A stretch of DNA of 64,000 nucleotides from Dehalococcoidia bacterium (GTDB taxonomy: Bacteria > Chloroflexota > Dehalococcoidia > UBA2979). Shown here piece by piece: positions 59,110 through 64,000 of the stretch. Location: NCBI GenBank assembly GCA_965219085.1, contig OZ244720.1:64001-128000 (forward strand), read 5' to 3'. The position numbers and the translations under genes are program-made. Within the stretch, counting starts at the first letter, position 1. Each line of letters starts with the position of its first letter. Under the pieces are notes generated by a model, which had not been told where the DNA came from, searched no databases, and saw only the letters and a list, made by a program, of their open reading frames with translations.

Positions 59110-59880
59110 GTGACGACTGACACGAGTTCGAGAGCCCCCGCAGACGCAGCGAAGGAGTACGCCCAGCGGCGCGAGGCCGACTGGGCCAGCTTCACCTCCG
59201 CCTCCGGCTCGCCCGGTGACTACTGGGAAGCCTGGGGCGAGGAATCCTACGGCTGGCGGCCCGAGATCAGCTTCTTCCAGCCGGTTGGCCTCGACTACGC
59301 GGAGCTCATCGAGCGCATCGAGCCGCTGCGGGCGGCCCTCGACGGCCTGCCGGGCGTGGACCTGCCGCCGCCCGAGTTCCTGCACATGAAGTTCCTGCAG
59401 CTCGGCTTCCTGCGCGCTGTCGACATCTACTGGTCGCAGGTGGAGACGTTCTACGTGAACGCGGCGCCCCGCGTACACCGCGTCGAGCCGTTCTCGCTCC
59501 ACGTCGCCGGGGTCTCGGCGCGCGAGCAGGCGGTCTACCTCGGCGTCGACGACGGCTACGTGCTGCGCGAGGTGCGCCGCCAGGTCGGCATCGGCGTCCC
59601 GAAGGCACAGCAGGTGTTCAAGGAGAAGGGCATCAAGACCGGCCCCGAGGACGACTTCGTGCCCGACATCCCGATCGCCTACCTCGTCGACGGCGGTGAC
59701 CGCGCCGCCATCATCGACGCGGTGATGCCGTACCTCCACGCTGACTTCGGCTCCTATCCCGTCAGCCACATCAAGATGGGCCGCATCGCGCCGGACCCAG
59801 AGGTGCACTACCCGAACATTGACGTCGTGGCCGAGATCAGCATGCTCGGCAAGGACTATCGAAGGGGCTACCACAACTGA
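59110..59880 (+). CDS. 2H-phosphoesterase (2'-5' RNA ligase-like) fold protein with degenerate motifs
   Basis: [25 protein letters not shown] occupy the positions of the two HxT motifs. Confidence 0.6.
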   Translation: MTTDTSSRAPADAAKEYAQRREADWASFTSASGSPGDYWEAWGEESYGWRPEISFFQPVGLDYAELIERIEPLRAALDGLPGVDLPPPEFLHMKFLQLGFLRAVDIYWSQVETFYVNAAPRVHRVEPFSLHVAGVSAREQAVYLGVDDGYVLREVRRQVGIGVPKAQQVFKEKGIKTGPEDDFVPDIPIAYLVDGGDRAAIIDAVMPYLHADFGSYPVSHIKMGRIAPDPEVHYPNIDVVAEISMLGKDYRRGYHN

Positions 59881-59927
59881 GCGAGCCCGGCCGCGCGCGT
59901 CCCGCCGACACGGAGACGCCCGACACG

Positions 59928-62900
59928 ATGCCCGCGAGTGGAGACGACTCGCGCGGGGAGCGCCCGCGCAAGGTCCTGATCATCGGCAGCGGCCCGATCG
60001 TGATCGGCCAGGCCGCGGAGTTTGACTACGCCGGCACCCAGGCCTGCAAGGCCATGCGCGAGGAGGGCATCTACTCCGTCCTCGTCAACTCCAACCCCGC
60101 GACGATCATGACCGACGAGGACATCGCCGACGTCGTCTACATCGAGCCCCTGACTGTCGAGGTGCTCGAGCGGGTGATCGAGGCCGAGCGCCCCGACAGC
60201 TTGCTCCCCACCCTCGGCGGCCAGACCGGGCTCAACCTCGCCGTCGAACTCGCGGAGGCCGGCATCCTCGATCGCTACGGCGTGCGGCTGCTCGGCACGC
60301 CGCTGGAGTCGATCCAGCTCGCCGAGGACCGCGCGCGCTTCCGCGCGCTGCTCGCCGAGATCGGTGAGCCGTCGCCCGAGTCCGAGATCGTCGAGGACTG
60401 GGAACAGGCGGTCGCGGCGCGCGACCGCATCGGCCTGCCGCTCGTGATCCGGCCCGCCTACACCCTCGGCGGCACCGGCGGCGGGATCGCCTTCACCGAG
60501 GAGGAGTACGAGCGAACCGTGCGCGGCGGCCTCGCCGCGTCACCGATCACGCAGGTCCTGGTCGAGCGCTGCCTGCTCGGCTGGAAGGAGCTCGAGTACG
60601 AGGTGATGCGCGACGGCGCCGACACCTGCGTGACGATCTGCAACATGGAGAACCTCGACCCCATGGGCGTGCACACTGGCGACTCGATCGTCGTGGCGCC
60701 CTCGCAGACGCTCTCCGACCGCGACTACCAGATGCTGCGCACCAGCGCGCTGAAGATCATCCGTGCGCTCGGCATCGAGGGCGGGTGCAACGTGCAGTTC
60801 GCGCTCGCCCCACGCCCCGATATCACCCCGTGGCCGGGCGAGGAGACGGCCGACGCGCTCGAGTACCACGTGATCGAGGTCAACCCGCGCGTCTCACGCT
60901 CCTCGGCGCTGGCATCGAAGGCCACGGGCTACCCGATCGCGCGGGTCGCGGCGAAGATCGCCGCCGGCAAGCGCCTCGACGAGATCACGAACTCGGTCAC
61001 GGGCCGCACGACGGCCGCCTTCGAGCCCGCGCTCGACTACTGCGTGGTGAAGATCCCGCGCTGGCCGTTCGACAAGTTCGCCTTCGGCGACCGCACGCTC
61101 GGCACACAGATGAAGGCCACCGGCGAGGTGATGGCGATCGACCGCACCTTCGAGGCGGCCCTGCAGAAGGCAGTCCGGTCCCTCGAGATGGGCGGGCGCT
61201 CGATCCTCTGGGAGCACCCCGAATGGGCCGAGTCGTTCCCGCAGGACTTCCCCGCCACCGACTACCGGCTGTGGGGCCTGCTCGCGGCACTGCGACGCGA
61301 CATCGAACCGATAGACCTCGCGCGCCGCACCGGGATCGATCCGTGGTTCATCGAGCGTCTTGGACGCGTCGTCGCCCTCGAACGGCGGCTGCTGTCCGAG
61401 GACCTCACGCCCGCGCTGCTGCGCGAGGCCAAGCGCGCCGGCTTCGGCGACACGACGATCGGCACCCTCGCCGACCGCCTGCCGGACCAGGTGCGCGCGC
61501 TCCGCGAGGAGTGGGGTCTGCGCCCCGTCTACAAGATGGTCGACACCTGCGCCGCCGAGTTCGAAGCCGTCACGCCCTACTTCTACTCGACCTACGAGGT
61601 CGAGAACGACGCGGCGCCGGAGATCGGCCGCGAGCGCATGCTTGTCGTCGGCTCCGGTCCGATCCGCATCGGCCAGGGCATCGAATTCGACTACTGCTCC
61701 GTGCAGGCGGCGCGCGCGCTGCAGGCGGCGGGCGTGCAGTCGATCCTCGCCAACTCCAACCCCGAGACCGTCTCGACCGACTTCGACACCTCCGACCGGC
61801 TCTACTTCGAGCCGCTCGACGAGGAGGCGGTACGAGACCTGCTCGACAACGAGGCCGGTGGCGCGGAGGCGCCTCCCTCGATCGTCCAATTCGGCGGCCA
61901 GACGGCGGTGAACCTCGCCGGGGACTTGCAGCGCGCCGCGCTGCCGATTGCCGGCTCCTCGGCCGAGTCGATCGACCTCGCCGAGGACCGTGGGCGCTTC
62001 GAGCGACTGATCTCCGCGCTGGGGGTGCCGCAGCCACCGGGCTCGGCCGTCCGCACGCTCGACGAGGCGCTCCCGACCGCCGAGGCGATCGGCTACCCGG
62101 TGCTCGTGCGTCCCTCGTACGTGCTCGGCGGCCGGGCGATGGAGGTGGTGCAGGACGCCAACGAGCTCGTGCGCTACTTCGGCGCCGCGCTCGCCGAGCG
62201 CTCCGGCCCCGTGCTCATCGACAAGTACCTCGAAGGCCTCGAGATCGAGGTCGACGCGGTCTGCGACGGCGAGTCGGTGCTCATTCCCGGCATCATGGAG
62301 CACATCGAGCGCGCGGGCGTGCACTCCGGCGACTCGATGGCGGTGTACCCACCGCAGAGCATCACGCCCGAGCAGCGCGACGCCATCGTCGACTACACGA
62401 CGCGGATGGCGCTCGCCCTCGACGTGCGCGGGCTCATGAACGTGCAGTACGTGATCGCTCCCGATGCCGACCCGGCCGGTCCGGGCGTGTTCGTGATCGA
62501 GGTCAACCCGCGCTCGTCGCGCACAGTGCCGTTCATCTCGAAGGTCACGGGTATCCCCCTCGTGCCGCTCGCCGTGCATATCATGCTCGGCGAGTCGCTG
62601 GCCGAGCAGGGCTACGAGGGCGGGCTCTACCCCGATCGCAACCTCGTGGCCGTGAAGGCGCCGGTCTTCTCCATGTCGAAGCTGATCGGTGTCGACACGT
62701 TCCTCGGCCCCGAGATGAAGTCGACCGGCGAGGTGATGGGCGTCGACTTCACCTTCGACGCCGCGATTCGCAAGGCGGCGATCGCCTCGAGCGTCGCCGT
62801 CGAACACCCGACGCCGTTCCTGCTGTCGCTCTCGAACCGCACGAAGGCGGAGGCGCTGCCGCTGATCCACATGCTGCACGAGCACGGCTGCAAGCTGTAC

Positions 62901-63212
62901 GCCACCGAGGGCACGGCCGCGCTCGTACAGGGCCTCGGGCTGCCCGTCGAGTTCGTCACCAAACGCCTCTCCGAGGGCCACCCGAACGTCGTCGACGTCA
63001 TCAACGACGGCACCGTCGGGGCCGTGATCAACACGCTCGAGGGCGGGCGCGCCTCGCACATGCGCGACGGCTTCCACATCCGCCGCGCCGCCACCGAGAT
63101 GCGCATCCCGTGCTTCACTTCGCTCGACACGGCTCGCGCGGCGATCCAGCCGCTCACCGCGCCGGGCTCCTATAACGTGCGGCCACTGGCCGCCTACCGC
63201 GACGGCGAATAG
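59928..63212 (+). CDS. carB: Carbamoyl-phosphate synthase large subunit
   Basis: [62 protein letters not shown]. Confidence 0.98.
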   Translation: MPASGDDSRGERPRKVLIIGSGPIVIGQAAEFDYAGTQACKAMREEGIYSVLVNSNPATIMTDEDIADVVYIEPLTVEVLERVIEAERPDSLLPTLGGQTGLNLAVELAEAGILDRYGVRLLGTPLESIQLAEDRARFRALLAEIGEPSPESEIVEDWEQAVAARDRIGLPLVIRPAYTLGGTGGGIAFTEEEYERTVRGGLAASPITQVLVERCLLGWKELEYEVMRDGADTCVTICNMENLDPMGVHTGDSIVVAPSQTLSDRDYQMLRTSALKIIRALGIEGGCNVQFALAPRPDITPWPGEETADALEYHVIEVNPRVSRSSALASKATGYPIARVAAKIAAGKRLDEITNSVTGRTTAAFEPALDYCVVKIPRWPFDKFAFGDRTLGTQMKATGEVMAIDRTFEAALQKAVRSLEMGGRSILWEHPEWAESFPQDFPATDYRLWGLLAALRRDIEPIDLARRTGIDPWFIERLGRVVALERRLLSEDLTPALLREAKRAGFGDTTIGTLADRLPDQVRALREEWGLRPVYKMVDTCAAEFEAVTPYFYSTYEVENDAAPEIGRERMLVVGSGPIRIGQGIEFDYCSVQAARALQAAGVQSILANSNPETVSTDFDTSDRLYFEPLDEEAVRDLLDNEAGGAEAPPSIVQFGGQTAVNLAGDLQRAALPIAGSSAESIDLAEDRGRFERLISALGVPQPPGSAVRTLDEALPTAEAIGYPVLVRPSYVLGGRAMEVVQDANELVRYFGAALAERSGPVLIDKYLEGLEIEVDAVCDGESVLIPGIMEHIERAGVHSGDSMAVYPPQSITPEQRDAIVDYTTRMALALDVRGLMNVQYVIAPDADPAGPGVFVIEVNPRSSRTVPFISKVTGIPLVPLAVHIMLGESLAEQGYEGGLYPDRNLVAVKAPVFSMSKLIGVDTFLGPEMKSTGEVMGVDFTFDAAIRKAAIASSVAVEHPTPFLLSLSNRTKAEALPLIHMLHEHGCKLYATEGTAALVQGLGLPVEFVTKRLSEGHPNVVDVINDGTVGAVINTLEGGRASHMRDGFHIRRAATEMRIPCFTSLDTARAAIQPLTAPGSYNVRPLAAYRDGE

Positions 63213-63236
63213 GCGCAGCACGCAGCGGAGGGACCC

Positions 63237-63935
63237 ATGCAGTCACAGCAGACGGCAGCGCCCCTCCCTGATCCCCTCGACGCGATCGTGTTCGACCTCG
63301 ACGGCACGCTCGCCGACTCGATGACCGTGATCGCCGAGGCGCTGGTCGTCACCCTCGACCGCTTCGGCCACACGACAACGGTGAGCGCGCTGATGCCTCA
63401 CTTCGGCCCGCGCATGCAGGAGGTCATCCAGGCCGCGACGGGCGTCGACCTCGCCGAGGCGGACCGCATCTACGCCGACTACCTGCCTCGCTATTACGAG
63501 GAGTACATGTTGCGCTCGCGCCCCCTGCCCGGCGCCGACGCGCTCCTCGACGCCCTCGCGCCCACCGGCGTGCCGCTCGGCATCGTCACCTCGAAGATCG
63601 AGCGGGGCGCGCACGACCTGCTCGCTCATCTCGGCTGGACCGACCACTTCGGCGTCGTCGTCGGCCGCGACACGACGCCGGAGATGAAGCCCTCGCCGGT
63701 GCCAATGCGCTACGCGCTGAACGCGCTCAACGCCGACCCGGCTCGGACAGCGTCCGTCGGTGACACCGAGGCGGACATGCGCGCGGCGTCGGCCGCGGGC
63801 GTGGCCGCGATCATTGGCCTCACCGTCATCCGCACGCCCGAGCAGATGCGCGCCGCGGGCGCGACCCACGTCTGCCAGAACCTCGACGCCGTACGCGACC
63901 TGCTGCTCGCCACACTCAAGGCCCAACCGGCATGA
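63237..63935 (+). CDS. HAD-superfamily hydrolase (phosphoglycolate phosphatase-like)
   Basis: FDLDGTLADS, VTSK, KPSP, VGDT..D. Confidence 0.9.
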   Translation: MQSQQTAAPLPDPLDAIVFDLDGTLADSMTVIAEALVVTLDRFGHTTTVSALMPHFGPRMQEVIQAATGVDLAEADRIYADYLPRYYEEYMLRSRPLPGADALLDALAPTGVPLGIVTSKIERGAHDLLAHLGWTDHFGVVVGRDTTPEMKPSPVPMRYALNALNADPARTASVGDTEADMRAASAAGVAAIIGLTVIRTPEQMRAAGATHVCQNLDAVRDLLLATLKAQPA

Positions 63936-64000
63936 GCGCTGAGGCAGCGGGCGCCCGCGGATCGTTCTTCGAGGTCCTGAGCACGTTCCTCCGGCTCGGC
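63932..64000 (+). CDS. Probable chromate transporter (ChrA family), N-terminus only
   Basis: ATGA overlap; MSAEAAGARGSFFEVLSTFLRLG resembles the ChrA start EV...FLRLG; only 23 codons visible. Confidence 0.5.
   Translation, partial: MSAEAAGARGSFFEVLSTFLRLG

Overview
High-GC bacterial chromosomal segment. The dgt-dnaG-rpoD block, an RpoD with a long insert between regions 1.2 and 2, F420-type enzymes and giant SwmB/LRR/cadherin/FN3 surface proteins suggest Chloroflexota (Dehalococcoidia-like), possibly host- or sponge-associated; this is inference. The backbone is housekeeping: plsC, glmS, lactate permease, ppdK, dgt, dnaG, rpoD, mazG, pcrA, tRNA-Phe, msrA, crcB, pcp, a 5'-3' exonuclease, tRNA-Asn, an MMPL transporter, PAC2 and a PyrR-attenuated pyrR-pyrB-pyrC-carA-(2 genes)-carB operon. 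The most striking signal is four small integrase-free islets, each bracketed by 32-75 bp imperfect direct repeats copied from the end of the neighbouring host gene (plsC 3', crcB 5', pcp 3', tRNA-Asn 3'). One carries a Rad50/RloC-like zinc-hook ABC-ATPase with a HEPN-like tail coupled to a second HEPN-like protein, a candidate uncharacterised defence system. Other oddities: a circularly permuted DsbA, a probable ATC start codon, a recurrent leaderless promoter architecture and a 2220-aa mosaic adhesin. All calls come from motif recognition by eye; no searches were run.
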